64,000 nt of DNA from Anthoceros angustus (lineage: Eukaryota > Plantae > Anthocerotophyta): contig MU008167.1 of assembly GCA_010909165.1 (NCBI GenBank), positions 1,364,001 through 1,428,000 of the forward strand, written 5' to 3'. A model generated the notes under the pieces. That model saw only the letters and a list, made by a program, of their open reading frames with translations. It ran no database searches and was not told where the DNA came from. Position 1 is the first letter of the stretch. Every line of letters begins with the position of its first letter. This document shows positions 25,301 through 38,588 of this stretch, one piece after another. A program made the translations under genes and the position numbers.

Positions 25301-28300
25301 CACAGGGTCCCCAATCTCCCGGGTCTGGCCTCCAGCGCCTCCTCACGGCTCGGCCGTGCTCCTTGACCCGCTCGGCCTTGATTGGCGCGGCTCTCGGCCG
25401 CCTCCTCCACGGTTCGATCACGCCGATAGTGATCGCGATCGGCCGCCGTGGCCTCCGCCTCCTTGGCCACCTTCACGAGCCTCTCGGCTCTGGTCGGTCG
25501 GTGCCTCGCGAGATCCGCGCCCGTTCTTCGCCGGGCGTCCTCGCTTCTGCTGCGCTCGCCCCTCACTGCGGAGGTCCTCCAGCTTGGGCCTCCTTTGCCT
25601 GTTCCTCCGGTGAAGGGAGTCGGTCCTTGCGGATGGACGGACCTCCCTCTCCGCCTCCCGGCGTTTTCCTTCCTCAATCCTGCCGAGAGCTTCGGCCTTC
25701 CTTCTCGCCTCCTGGGCTCCCTCCAACTGCTCCTGGAGGAGCACCATGCGCCTCCGGGTGGCTTCCACCTCCTGGGCCTTCTCGGCCATCCCGCACAGAC
25801 CCCAGAGCATACCGTCCATGACGGTAGCCAGGACCCGCCGTGTTTCCTCCACGGCCGCTGCTGGTGAGGCTCCCACAAAGTCCGTGGCGGGGCGGCATCT
25901 CACAGTCCGTCAGGACCTCCATACCGATCGGAGCAAGTCGGGGGTTCTCGGACAATCGGGACCCTTAGGTCACGAGTCTTGGCTCGAGCTTCCCCTCCTT
26001 GGCCCTTTTGGCGCGAGCTCCTTCTCCAGGCGGGGTATCCCGTCAGGCTCACGCCATCCTGCTGCAACCTTGCGGCGTCGAACTCCTTGCCTTTGTTCTC
26101 CTCCGTCTTCAAGCGGGCTGGGCGTTCACCTCTCGCTCGAAGTCTTGGATTCTCGTTGAGAACCCCTATTTGCTCCGTGCATCTTGGGTTGCAACTCCAA
26201 GGTGTCCTTGTTGTCCTCCACTTCCTTCTCGCCTTCTACCTCCTGCGGTGCACAGGGTCCCCAATCTCCCGGGTCTGGCCTCCAGCGCCTCCTCACGGCT
26301 CGGCCGTGCTCCTTGACCCGCTCGGCCTTGATTGGCGCGGCTCTCGGCCGCCTCCTCCACGGTTCGATCACGCCGATAGTGATCGCGATCGGCCGCCGTG
26401 GCCTCCGCCTCCTTGGCCACCTTCACGAGCCTCTCGGCTCTGGTCGGTCTGCCTCGCGAGATCCGCGCCCGTTCTTCGCCCGGGCGTCCTCGCTTCTGCT
26501 GCGCTCGCCCCTCACTGCGGAGGTCCTCCAGCTTGGGCCTCCTTTGCCTGTTCCTCCGGTGAAGGGAGTCGGTCCTTGCGGATGGACGGACCTCCCTCTC
26601 CGCCTCCGGCGTTTTCCTTCCTCAATCCTGCCGAGAGCTTGCCTTCCTTCTCGCCTCACAGGCTCCCTCCAGCTGCTCTGGAGGAGCACCATGCGCCTCG
26701 GGTGGCTTCCACCTCCTGGGCCTTCTCGGCCATCCACGACCCAGGCATACCGTCCATGGCGGTAGCAGGACCCGCCGTGTTTCCTCCGGCGGCTGAGTGA
26801 GGCTCCCACAAAGTCCGTGCGGGGCGGCATCTCCGTCAAGGACCTCCATACCGATCGGAGCAAGTCGGGGGGTTCTCGGACAATCGGGACCCTTAGGTCG
26901 AGTCTTGGCTCGAGCTTCCCCTCCTTGGCCCTTTTGGCGCGAGCTCCTTCTCGCCCTTTTCTCCACAGGGCTCGGCGGAGGTGATGGAGTCAGGGAGCAC
27001 GCCCTTTTGCCCCTTCACATCGGCGGCAGGACCCGGCTCTGGATCTTTGCGGTGTCCTCCTGCTCCACAGGCGGCGTCCTTACGCCCTCCTTGCTTCCTC
27101 ACTTCTTGCCACTCCGTCGGCGGGGAAGAATCTTGGCAGCGGGGTAGCGTTGGTGGCGTGGTCTTGCGTCTCTTGGCTCTCTCACAGTCGGGGCTCCTCG
27201 GTAGGAGTGATGGCGGTGGCGGGCTGCTGGGGCAGGCCTGCTTGGGGTATTGGTTGGGGCACGGAAGGAGGCGGGGTGCTTCCCATACTTCCACAGGTGG
27301 TGAGGGGTCCGTTCGAGCGTATGGGTCGGAATCCTCGATCGTCCTCCTCCAGTCCGTTTGGTTTTGTCGGCCGGCCTCCTCCCCTCGGCGCCCTTGCCGC
27401 TCCACTTCGGAGGCCTCCGGTCCTTTCGGGCGCTCGCTCAAGCTCTCCTTCCTTGAGGAGTTGAAATGCCCCCATACATGGATCGGTATGGGGCGGCCCA
27501 GATGGCGAGGCTTCTCGCTCACAGCTTGCGAGCTTCACAGCCAGGCGAAGATAATCCTTCCCAGTCGCCCTCTTCCCAGCGCGCGTGCGGGAACACCAAT
27601 AGATTATCACCAAGGTGATCCACCTTGGTGAGTAGGTTCGATGGACGATGATCGGGCCCGCCCTTTCGGCATCAGCGGTCGGATATCGACCACCGTTGGT
27701 GGTCGTTGCGTCGAGCCTTAGCATCGCTGTGGTGGACCTATCTTCCCCTTCGCCTTGAGGGGCTCGGCACCCTCCCCTCTTCCTCCTTGGGCGGTTGTAG
27801 GCGCCTTGGGACCTCAAGGTCCATCGCCTTGGTCCTCCGGAGGTTCTTGGACCGCACCTCCTTGTTGACCGCCGACATCTTGGGCAAACTCCGGACGGTG
27901 ACTGTCAAGGTCGAGACCATTTGGAACACATCCAAATGCCACTCCACCAATTCTCCCGCTTCCAGGCGAGCCCAAAGTCCGGATAGCGCGGGTCACAATG
28001 TTGCGCTCCACAAGGTTCCATGGCTCCCAAACTTCGCGGGCTTTTGGGTGCCATCGCCTTCTTCTCCCTTGGTTCTTTGTGCGCTTGGAGGCTGGCACGT
28101 TCGCCTCGCGTTGCTTCTCCGAGCCTCAGCGGTGAGCGCGCCAGGCGTCAGTGTCCCACGAGATACCGCGGGGGGGCGCAGAGATCGCGGTGTCTCGAGG
28201 CTGCGCGTGATGACCTTCTTCGCGACCACGCCGGGAGTAACCGGCGGAGGCGCCTCTTCCTGTCCATAGTAGCCAGGCATGGCACTCGGCCTCTGCGCTA

Positions 28301-28647
28301 CTCGCCTCCGCGTACTGCGGCCCCTCGCGCCCGGCCAGGCGTGAATACACTATACAGCGATTCGGTCGACCCGTGCATGCGTCCTCCACTCGAGTCGTCA
28401 CGTGGCGTCGCCCGTCGTCATACGCTCCAACTTCTAAGTTACTTTCCTGGCGTACTTATCACCTTTGGTCACAGGTGGGTCGGTCTTACCCGTCGCACGC
28501 GCCATCGTAGGTCGTCGTTCCTCACTCCGGTCGGGGTATACTCAGTGCCGTCAGTGCTAAGGGCTTATTTCCTCCTTTTAGCCTCATTTTATCCTTCGCT
28601 CCACAAAAACAAAATCCTACCTAATTTCCAGAAGTCCGTGATCCACA
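22314..28647 (-). repeat. 5' LTR, inflated to 6.3 kb by a triplicated segment of about 950 bp
   Basis: Collinear with 8729-13188. Starts TGTGGATCACGGAC (28647) and ends GCGCCACA (22314). Tandem units are about 24100-25079, 25080-26027 and 26028-26950. Confidence 0.8.
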
Positions 28648-28766
28648 ATGCAGACGGATCTCATGTCAACGGTGGCCACGCCTAATCCTCTTTTCCGAGG
28701 GGTGCTTTCTGCGGCTAGCCTACAATGCAAAAGCGGGCTGCGCAATCAATGCTCACTAAGGCGGGG

Positions 28767-31700
28767 TGTGGCCAAACTTTAGTTGACAGTGGTAGCGCAC
28801 ACTAATCCAGGTTGTGCGTATGTGGTTCGATCCCAAGGGAAGGATCCGTTCGTTAGCTTACTATTCGCCTACTCGGGTTCTAACTTATCTCATCACTTGG
28901 TATCTAGAAAAACCTTTCCGCGTCGTTACAAGGGTATTGTTGGCTACCTTTGCGGGTCTATCTACTACCGGGTAAAAGCGGCACGAATCTCCTTGATGGG
29001 AGGCGGCGAGAGCCTTCTGTGCGGTACTGGCTTCTCCTAGGGCAATCGCCCTAGCTACACAAGTGTAGGACGGAGGCGGAACTCGAAATTACTTCCTACC
29101 CTTTCGACCCAGGCTGGACGGGTCCACTGCCCTTCCGATGCCAGGCGCCTAAGGTTACAACCTCGAACCCAAAGCGTACCACCCGTCACGAACCTCCTAC
29201 TACTTACCCTCCGCTCACCTTCCTTGATGCTTCATAAATCACACTACTGGGCCGGTATGGCCAAATGTTTAAGGACCGTTCGTCCCGGTCTCCTCTCATC
29301 TGAGTCCTCCTCCCTTTAGTCACGCACCCCTCGGTGCCCGATTTGGCGTTGTGCATTCCGGCAAAGGTCGGTATTGACACCTCCGCGTTCACTTCCAGGT
29401 CCGACGGTCAGGCTCTACACACCTCTCTGGTGACGGCCTTCCTGCTTTGTGCTCCCGTCTGCTGGTCGTCCCGCTCTTGAAGAGCAAAGTCACGTCTCCT
29501 CCAAACCTGCAATCACCTCCATACGTTAGGGGGTTTGTCACCAGATCCTAGATAGTCCTCTTCGAAGTAGTCCACCCGCTCGGTGACTCGGGCCTCGCTC
29601 TTGCACTTAGCTCACAGGAGCCTATATGCACAACGCGGTACCAACCCCAAAGGAAAATCACATTACGGGGATGGCAAACCCCCTCTTATACTGCTCCCAA
29701 GGCAGTGCCTTTATTACATCCCTAAAATTGGCTTGCTTGACTACCCCTACAGCGCGTGGCGCCGGATCATGGCGTATCTACTCTCATCTGTTGGTGAGGC
29801 TCTTTGTTGGTGGTGACTCCACTGGCAGCCCAATCCAAACATGGCACACGAGGCGCCTAATGCAGTTATTCTTGACCCTGGGTCTTGGGGGCTACCCCTA
29901 CCTCAAACCGGTCATTTGTGCCACGGGGCAGAGTGACAATCATCGAGTATTAAATCTTCCTACAGCTCGGTAGCGGATGCACCGTGGTCTTCGTTGCCCC
30001 TTGTGCTATGGTTGGTCCTCTCTGGTTCGTCCAGGGTCTGGATTCGCCTTGGGCGTTGGGTCTTTCCCCAACCAAGTCCTCCCCTAACGTCGGGCGGACC
30101 TCTAAGAATCCACCCTCGGCATAGGAGTCCGGACTTGGGTTTGTTCCTATGTCGAGTTTGGACCTCCAAGTGCCTCGCCTCGAGTCAGACCTTTAAGTCC
30201 AACCTACGCCTCGAGTCCAGGACCTTCAAGTCCGCCTCGCCTCTGGACCTCGGCACTTCCACCGCACTGAGGCCACCTCCCATCCCGAGGCCTTCTTTCC
30301 TCCGAGCTCCCTTCACCCCCCCCCATTTGGGTCTTTGAGGTCAGAGACCTACCTCTTAGTCCCTGGTAGGCGCTTCTCCACTTGGACATCGTCGTCTCTC
30401 CGACATGCCCTCCTCTTGCTCTGCGTCTCCAAGCGAGGCACCCGGGCTCCTGTGACGCACCCTTCCTCTCAGGCTACTCAGAGCTCCCTCTGGTGACCCC
30501 TCTGACCTCAGTAGGCTGGTGGCGACACTCGCCATGCCCAGGGCTCGGCGTGGTAGTAGGCGAAGTCCAGGAATGCACCCTGGATGGCCTCCTCCACATG
30601 AGCCCTCGGACTGGACTCCCACCTCCATAGGTGCTCGGGCAGTAGCGGCGTGCTCTTAGCACATTGGGCATTCCCTCTCCAACGCCTTCTGGCCGGGCCC
30701 TTGCAGCATCCTTGGAGGCATTAAGGAAAGCTTTGACAGCTCTCAGCCTTGCTTCTGGTTGGCGGCTCCATCTCCTATTCCCTATGGGCGGCCGATTGCT
30801 TTATTGGAAGGGATTCCCCCTCAGCCCACGATGCGCGGACCGTGACTTTTGTTCCTCTGCTTCCACTTGTATTGGTCGTCACCTGTGACTTAGGAGTCCC
30901 ATCTCCCTCTCGAGCCATTCCAGGCTGTATTAGGCGGGTGGCATCGGCGAGCTCCCTCTTGGCTCGTCGTTGTCACTACTGCTCCTTTGGTGGCTTTCAC
31001 TCCACCCTAGAGGCGAGTTGGAGCCGTTCCACCTCCCGCTCATGGTCCCCTGGTCGGCCACAGAAGAATCCAGTTCCTCTCCTCCACCACCCGGGCTGTA
31101 GCTCGGGGTCTCCTTCTCGCCTTTCCTTGTTTGCGTGCCTCGTCGGCCTCCACAGGCTGCGTGCGGAGGTCTTCCATCACCCTCAGCGGTTCTTGCATCT
31201 CCACTCCATGGGCCGTGCATGCCTGCTCCGAGGCCGCATGCTCCTCCTTCAGGCGTGGTGTGCTCATGCCCTCCCCTCCAGGCAGTTCCGGTCCCTCGGT
31301 GTAATGGTCCCTATCATTTTGGCATTGGCCTCTGCTTCCCGCGCTCCCTTCAGTTGAGCCTCCAGAGCTTGGCTCTCCTCCTCTGTCTGAACTCGAGTGA
31401 GGCTTGGGCATCCTCACGCCTACCAGCGCGACCTCCACCATTGCCCCTTGCCTCCTCCTTTGTTGACTCGGGGCCTCAGCGCATGCACAGGCCTCACAGC
31501 CAATGTGCCTTGTTTGTACAGGCTGGCTTGCAGGTTTCCCTCTGTGGGACCTCGCCTCCCTCTTAAGCCATCCGTGCCTCCCTCTTCAATCAGGCGGGGA
31601 CTCCGCCTTCCACCCGGGCGCGGGCACCTCGTTGTGAGTGTGCGGTGCTCCATCCAGATGGTCTGTCACATGAGGAGGAATGGCCACCACAGTAGTAGTG

Positions 31701-31900
31701 AAGTGAAGGATGCAGGCATGGCGGCCCGGGCCCTCTGCTGCGAGAGTAAGGGGATTGGCGTCCCAGGCTGCAGCATCAGAATCTTTGCCTTCCTCGAGGT
31801 CGCATCCCATCCATGTGGCGAGCAAGGTTGAATTAGGTTCAGCAGCGGTCACAAGGCGATTGGCGGCCACCCAGGCTTCACATGGCGTCCATAATCTTCC
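28767..31900 (-). mobile_element. Diverged LTR variant B with coiled-coil ORF remnant (partial)
   Basis: Has the TGTGGCC end and shares the blocks gggccggtatggccaa..gtttaaggaccgttcg, cggtgactcggg and ccctcttatact...gcctttattaca. Encodes AHVEEAIQGAFLDFAYYHAE at about 30603-30544. Confidence 0.7.
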
Positions 31901-32129
31901 TTCTTCCTCCACGGCGCCAACATGGCTGTCGGCATGGTTTGGGGTAAGAGCTCTTATTGAGCCTTGTGCTCCTAAATTTGTAGTCTGCCATTGCTACCTC
32001 CAATGCGGCAATCTTGTCGTTGGCTACTCAGCAGCCTTGGCTTCATTCGTTGTGACCGGTTTTGAAACACTTGATTTAGCTTTTAGAGGTGTCAGCTAGT
32101 TCAGTCCCTCTAGGCGATACGTATAGGAT

Positions 32130-33010
32130 GCTTTTGAAACACATTATGACTAAATGGCCAATCTTATTGCGGTGTGAGCAATACCAAGCCCTCAACGGGA
32201 GCTTGCACTGAACAAGTGATCCGGCCTACCACAATTGCACAACATTCTTGAGGTAATGCATGCCCGTTGTTGGCCCTACGAAGCAGGCTTGGAAATCACG
32301 ATCCACTGCACCTCAGGCGTGTTCCCCTTGCGGAGAACATACTTTGATAGTGCATGAAGGCTTTGGGTGTCGAGAAGCATACTGGCGAGAATCGATCTCC
32401 TTACACTCCGCCTCCCCTCATGGACCTATTCCAAGGTATTGTTGTCCCGTGTTGTCCACCAAAGGTGATGAGTTGGAAATGAAACAAAGGGTCCCCTGTG
32501 ACTGGCGAAATTTCTCGGCTGCCTCCTAGTCGATCAACATCCCGTGCCCTCCGCAACCAGCTTGCATAAGGTCATTTGCACGCCTCCCTCTTCTTGCGAA
32601 GTTTGCAGCTCGACAATCTTCCGAGGTCTTGATGAAACACCTTCTCTAGAATTGCCATGAATTCCTCCAGGTTGATGTACTTGGGGAGTTTGGATGAACT
32701 CGGGACTCCCCTTGATGGGTGCCACTCTCAGTCGGACTCTCACCACGGATGGCGGGCGAACACGGATGGCGGTGAGCAGTGGGTTTGAAGCTTCGTCCCG
32801 ATTGCGATCTTGGCAGTGGGGCGCTCACCGTATGGGCTTGCCATTGTAATAAAGCACCGCGCTCCTTGAAATTGAGGATTCATGGTGGAAACCATGGAGG
32901 ACAATCCACAGTGCGCTTCAGATAGATCCAATGCTTCCCAGCCAAGTAGCTTGAAAGTCAAAATCCGCAGGTTGCGTGCAGGTCTTCAGAAAATCTATCC
33001 ACCCGCACAT
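32130..33010 (-). pseudogene. Gag-like ORF with zinc knuckles (copy 2)
   Basis: Homologous to 1066-2010 (PEFIQTP...; NKIGHLVIMC). Confidence 0.7.
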
Positions 33011-33481
33011 GAGGGCCTCCACCTTCCATGGTGTCCGAGTCTTCCGAAGGATCAGCTGATTCTAGCCTTGTCCCTGTAGGACTTGAATGGGGACAGATCT
33101 GTCCCGATTGATCTCTCGGCAAGGAGTTGTGGGAGTCTTTGCCGGCACTGACATCTGAGAATGGAGACCAACTGATTGCTATCTCCAATGTAGCAGGTGG
33201 CGTGCTAGGCGCCTGTAACTTGCCTGCCAGCTCCTCCTGTGCCCACTGCTAACGTTGGGGAGACTGCCTTCTACTGGCATGTATGTGCTCAAGAGTGGTC
33301 CGTTGATGAATGTCTCGTGTCCTCAAAATAGCGGTGATCTCATGTCCTGAGTGCATCCCCCATGTGAGTGAAGCACGATAAATGAGTCACTCCCAAAAAG
33401 AATGGGAAGCAAGCTCCCAAGGACACTTCGCTCATCCCGAGCACGGTGTGAAAGCTCCTCCTAATACTCGTGGCGATGGGA

Positions 33482-33670
33482 TTGTAATGCCCTCGCTACG
33501 ACTCTCCCAATAGTCCCGGTGGGACCTGTAATGTCCCTGTCTTTGAAGTCTCCCAACAATCCCTCCAAAGTGGGACTTAAATGTCCTTGTCTTTGGGACT
33601 CTCCCGGAGTCCCTCCAGTGGGGCTGTGTCACTGCTAGGACTCTCGGCAATCTCAGTATGGGACTCTAGG
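33482..33670. repeat. About 45-bp gggact/agtccc repeat array (copy 2)
   Basis: Homologous to 2456-2690. Confidence 0.8.
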
Positions 33671-35414
33671 GGTCAGCCAAAATAATGCCTACAAGCCTGA
33701 ATCACTAGGAATTCTCACGGCCGTGTAGCTAGCCTCCTAGTAATGCCTCTGAACTTGAATAATCGGTTGCATGTTCTTTGGATCTAGAGATTTTGGGTGG
33801 TGAGCCCTAATTTGAATTTGGAAATTGAAATGACACAACACACACATTATGTCCCTAGCAATTTGGTAGGATTGTAACCTACCTAAGCTAAGGACCGGAA
33901 GCTAGGTCCTGGAGCTAAAAATGGTCGTGAGCATATGAGGAAACACTTGTCCTAGTTAGCTCACAAAATTCCAGCTTGACCTGAGAATAATCAGTAGATT
34001 GGAATTTGAATGGCTGCTTTGCTATAGTTGCCCAACATTCTTGAGTCCTTCAATGCCGCCACCTGGATTGGAGAAGCGCCTTGAATTTAAAGTCTTGAAA
34101 TGATGGGATCGTAGCGGTAAGAATCGTGGATTTTGTGAGCTTCCTTGGCCAGCCCGATTTTCTGGCAGGGAGTCGATAAATCACGCCTTGGAGCTCGTGG
34201 AGACCCAAGATGAGCAAACACATAGATCTTGAGATCTGATTCACATATTCTTTGGAAAAGTGCTTTTGTCCCAAAAGCGACTGCTCGAGGCACAATTTGA
34301 AGACTAAAACCCTTAGATCCCTTCTCGCGGTCCTCATCTTTGGCGTGCCATCATCCTCACACTCCGCCTAGCTCGTTTTCCAACATTTGTTTGCGTCATG
34401 ATGCAAATAATGCTTTGCACACTCTTGGTGTCTTGCTCCACGTTGAACATCGCAATGTTTAGGGCTTATACTTGGCCCGTCTCACCTACAACTAAATAGC
34501 TATTTCTAACCTAGCTGTCATTTATAGGGCCATATTCCTTGGTCCTTGAAAAATAATAAAGAAACTAACTCTTGAGTTATGAACCAATCGAGAAAGGGAT
34601 ATTTCCATGTCCTTGGTTAGCGAACATATCTAAACTAAGCAAAAAGTATAAAGGAACACATTTGTCAAATTCATGCTCATTTTCCATACCTTAGTTCTTG
34701 TATTTCATGTAGATGTGATTGTTGGATTTGGGACCTCTATCGTGGCCCATAATAAATGGCGATCGGCGATCTCTGACATTGTCGTGAAAAGCTGAGGGTA
34801 GTTGGTAGGGTATCTTTGTAGTTAATATGTCCCAACAAATAAGTGAATGTCTCTAACTCTAATGCTTTCAAAGCATTATAGGTACAGTTGTACATTGGTA
34901 CCAAGTTTTGAATTTGCATTTCATTGAGCACATCGACTTTTCAACAACAGCGGGCTGGAATAGAGTTCCCAATTAGGGAGGCCGACTCTATCAAGAGTAG
35001 AGTCATACTCCTTGAGATTACGCCAAGGGCTATATATATAGCGCTCTTATGCATCATGTATTTATATTCAATTTAAAGCATATATTAAGAGTAGAGTTAT
35101 AATTCTCAAGATTCTACCAAGCCCAAGGGCTATATATGTTGTCCTATGCACCATATATTATCGAATGAGCTCATAGAAGTAAGTGACTATATAGCTACTA
35201 TTCAGCGAGTAGATGAACGTTCGACTAATTGATTGAACGGCTTATCTGGCTCGAGGAAACCAACCAACGTGCGGGCCCATGGGAATTGGGGAGATTAGGA
35301 TGCCATCTATTGCCATTCTTTCTTTGCCAGGTTGATCCTGGCGTAACCTTGATTGTGTGGTCGAGTTCCGCCCTTCCCGTCGCGAGGCTTCGAAAGGGTG
35401 AGTTAGATGCGACG

Positions 35415-36596
35415 CCGGATGCGGTACGTTGTATGGGCGGCTACCTAAGTTGAGGCCATGATCCGTGCTCTGCCGCTTGAGAGCCCGATGCGGTCGCGGC
35501 GTAGTGCAAAGCATGGAATGCTGTGGCGGCGTCCCCTGTTGTTGCGGGATAGGTTGGAATGGCGGCGGGTGCGTCGGAATGCATCTTTGTCGTAGTGGCA
35601 TATGCCACTCCCACATGCCTCCTGCATCTACAACCCCGTCCGGCAGTGGCACCGACATCGACTCCCGCCATGGTCAGCGAGCTCTGGGGTACCGATAGCC
35701 ACAAGGAATGGTGGAGCTCCTCGGGGACGGAGGATCGCGATCCACGTGGCGTCGATGACCACATACATGCAGAGGCACGGTAGTCATCCCGCCGATGGGC
35801 AACCGTGGCCAACTCTTGGACCACTGCCAAAGCTCCAGCGACCTAACTTGCGCATCCACCATGTGTTGGGCGCCTTTGTGGATGCCGGCGCGTTGCTTCA
35901 AGCTGTGGTGTTGTATGAGGCGAACATATGTGGGTGACCTAGACAAGCCCCTCATCACATTCGCCTTTGATTCCGCACTAGGGAGTTGGAGTGATACAAC
36001 CGCGCCTTGCGGAAACCGGGCCTTGAACTCCACCTTGTCCGATCATCGAGTGTTTGTAGGCAACGTGCTCTCTGCGTTGCAGAGGCTGCATCAATGGTCA
36101 TTGCAATCTGCTAGCCTCGACGGAGCGGGCCATTTGGGCGGTTGGTCGTGCATGCCTTCCGATCATTCGACATACTCTCACCCTCGTCAATGTGCGAGAC
36201 CGGTCTATCGTGGCCCTAAGCGAGACACGAGGAAATATAATGTGTCTGATTGAGCGGGTTTCTGAGCATGACACGACGTGGGCGCCATGCCCGCACCCAT
36301 GTGCATTGATTTCATGGGAAATGGTGCTGCCCCTACGAATGCTCCCAATTTTCAATGCGAGTACGTCGCGCATCAAGCTTAAGGTCGTGGCCTCGCAAGA
36401 CTTCCAAGTATACATCATGAACGACGAGCTCGACAAGATGGTGCATCTCGATATGCGAACACTGCGGCTTGGGATGGTTGCCCTCGTGGCCTTCGATCAT
36501 CTTGTGAGGAAGAGCCTTCCGCCACGATCCTTTCTTTGGACTTCGGTGGAAGCAAGTTTAGAAAATGTGTTTGAACTTGGATCACTTCTAGACTAG
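35415..36596 (+). pseudogene. F-box protein (copy 2; frameshifted as assembled)
   Basis: VVWAA.P..EAMIRALPLESPMRSR near the start. The C-terminal ORF 36192-36596 reads ...MVHLDMRT...SLENVFELGSLLD*. Confidence 0.68.
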
Positions 36597-37884
36597 ATAT
36601 ATAGTTAGTGGCAGCTCTATCACATTCACTTATCACTTTCGAGAAAGTAGGCTCACAGGAGAGTACACAGGAGAGTTCCATGCAATCAATCATACATGTA
36701 GGTGATATTGGGCCAAACATGAGGGAAGCCCATCCCTACAATAATATTTCCCCACATATGACTAGCTGAGTTCCAATACTCCCATGTTTGGCACACTCAA
36801 GCTCTCTTAGGTGTGCCAATGGTACTTAAATGCATTGTTGAATGCGAATGTTACTTTATCTCATTTTGAGATCGGATAGATAGGATCTCAAGTTCCAAAT
36901 GCAATGGATTGATGAGGAGTGTAATGTACAATGCATCTTTTAAGGTGCATCTTTTAAGTTTCGATCCTAGAAAGTAAAGCTTGTAAAAAAAAAACCTCCT
37001 ATAGTTCAAATAGTTTTAATTTTGTTGGATCTTAAAATATCGTAGATTATTTTTTATTAGAGATAAAAATGAAAAGGATTAATTTGTCAATGTATGGTGT
37101 CAAATTTTTGGATAAGCTTCACTCCTATTGTCATCTCCTAAAAGGTTTTGAAAGTACACCATTAAGCGATGATCCACCATATATGTCATAAGTGTTTATG
37201 GCTAAAGATTACATTTATGGAGTCTCTCCGTGTATTTCAAAAATAAGCATGAAAAGGGAAAATTTAGATGTAGCATGAAGTGGTAGTCTATGTATGTTGT
37301 TCTAGGGCCGTCGGATATTTGATAATTGATGTAAGGCCCTTGAGTCCTCTAATCTACATGGAGCATAATAGTCGACAAAGTCACCAAAATAAAAATGTAT
37401 CTTGTTCACTTGGATGTACATCTTGTGCGTATTCACGATTGACAAACAAACCTTTGCTCGATGTCCAACCTAGCACTCTGAGCGATTTTACTAAGGTTTG
37501 TTTGATGATCATCTATGAGCTTGGGAACCTAGGCGGGTTCGCAACGAAAGGAGACAACAACCATGTTTGTAGCCAGTACCTCTAGTGCCCCCCCTCCCCC
37601 TTTCCACCGTCCCGGTGCCCCGGACAAACTAGCAGCTTATAGTGCAGTGCGAACCAGATGCGCTCCTTCCACCACGTCCTAAACATGGGGGCCTGGTTGT
37701 TTGCTGCCCATCCTGCACAAAGTCTACTCGAGTTGACTTCTTGAGTAGGTCATTTGCTGCGTAGTGTCGACGACCCAATCCCGCGTGCTCTCGGCAAAGT
37801 TGAACCCTAGGTTTGATATGGACATTACTATAACCTCTAAAAACATCATACAGTTTGAATTTTTCATGAAAAGGCGAAGCTCAG

Positions 37885-38220
37885 GCGGGACATACCGAGC
37901 AGTACCAACCTCGGCCCGGACTGGGGCGGTCCAGTGAGTATAGAGGTCAGTAGTATACGGGCGATCAGCGAGTATACGGAATGATCCAGCCCGGTAGTAT
38001 ACTCGGGGCGGTCCCAACCTCGGCCAGACTGGGGCAGTCAGCCCGGCGTATACTGGGGCGGTCCCAACCTCGGCCAGACTGGGGCGGTCCCAACCTCAGA
38101 CTCCTGGACTTCGGCGGTCAGCCGGTATACTGGGGCGTACTTGAAATATGCAGGGCGATCCCGACATACCAAACGGTCTGTGCAAACATACCGGGGCGGA
38201 TTTACCACACTCTGGATAGC
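37885..38220. repeat. GC-rich repeat array (copy 2)
   Basis: cccaacctcggccagactggggc(g/a)gt is repeated; homologous to 6940-7240. Confidence 0.8.
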
Positions 38221-38588
38221 CCGTCTACAATCAAAGCGACAAACAACTCAAGGTGAGAGGCATGGTGAGCGTGAAAAGTTTGGGACTACGGTGTCCGAGT
38301 ATGAGCTTGTCCGGGCAACTCCACCAATCTTAGGCTGAGGACTATGGGGTGCCTTGTCCCATAGCAAACGATCCGGCGATCCGGTGTGGGCTGCCATGTC
38401 TAAAGCTGGGAGGTCCAGCGATCCAGTACGCCTTGTGTCAAGGGTCTCCGCGATTCGCTATGGGGCTGCCATGTCCCATAGAGACGATCTGGTGCATCTC
38501 CCCTTGCCTCTGTTACAGCCCACTTATCGTCACTCCAGGGGTGGGTAGCCTTTGAATGGGGCCAAAGTTTGGCGAGTATGAGTCCGCA

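Larger units (their letters stand above)
8729..28647 (-). mobile_element. Ty3/Gypsy LTR retrotransposon, non-chromovirus (Athila/Tat-like OTA clade), with very long LTRs and internal tandem duplications
   Basis: Minus-strand order is LTR, PBS, gag, protease, RT, RNase H, integrase, PPT, LTR. LTR ends are TGTG(G/A)...CCACA. The RT has a KDHFPMPF-like motif and TEWGTLAY. No clean TSD was found. Confidence 0.88.
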
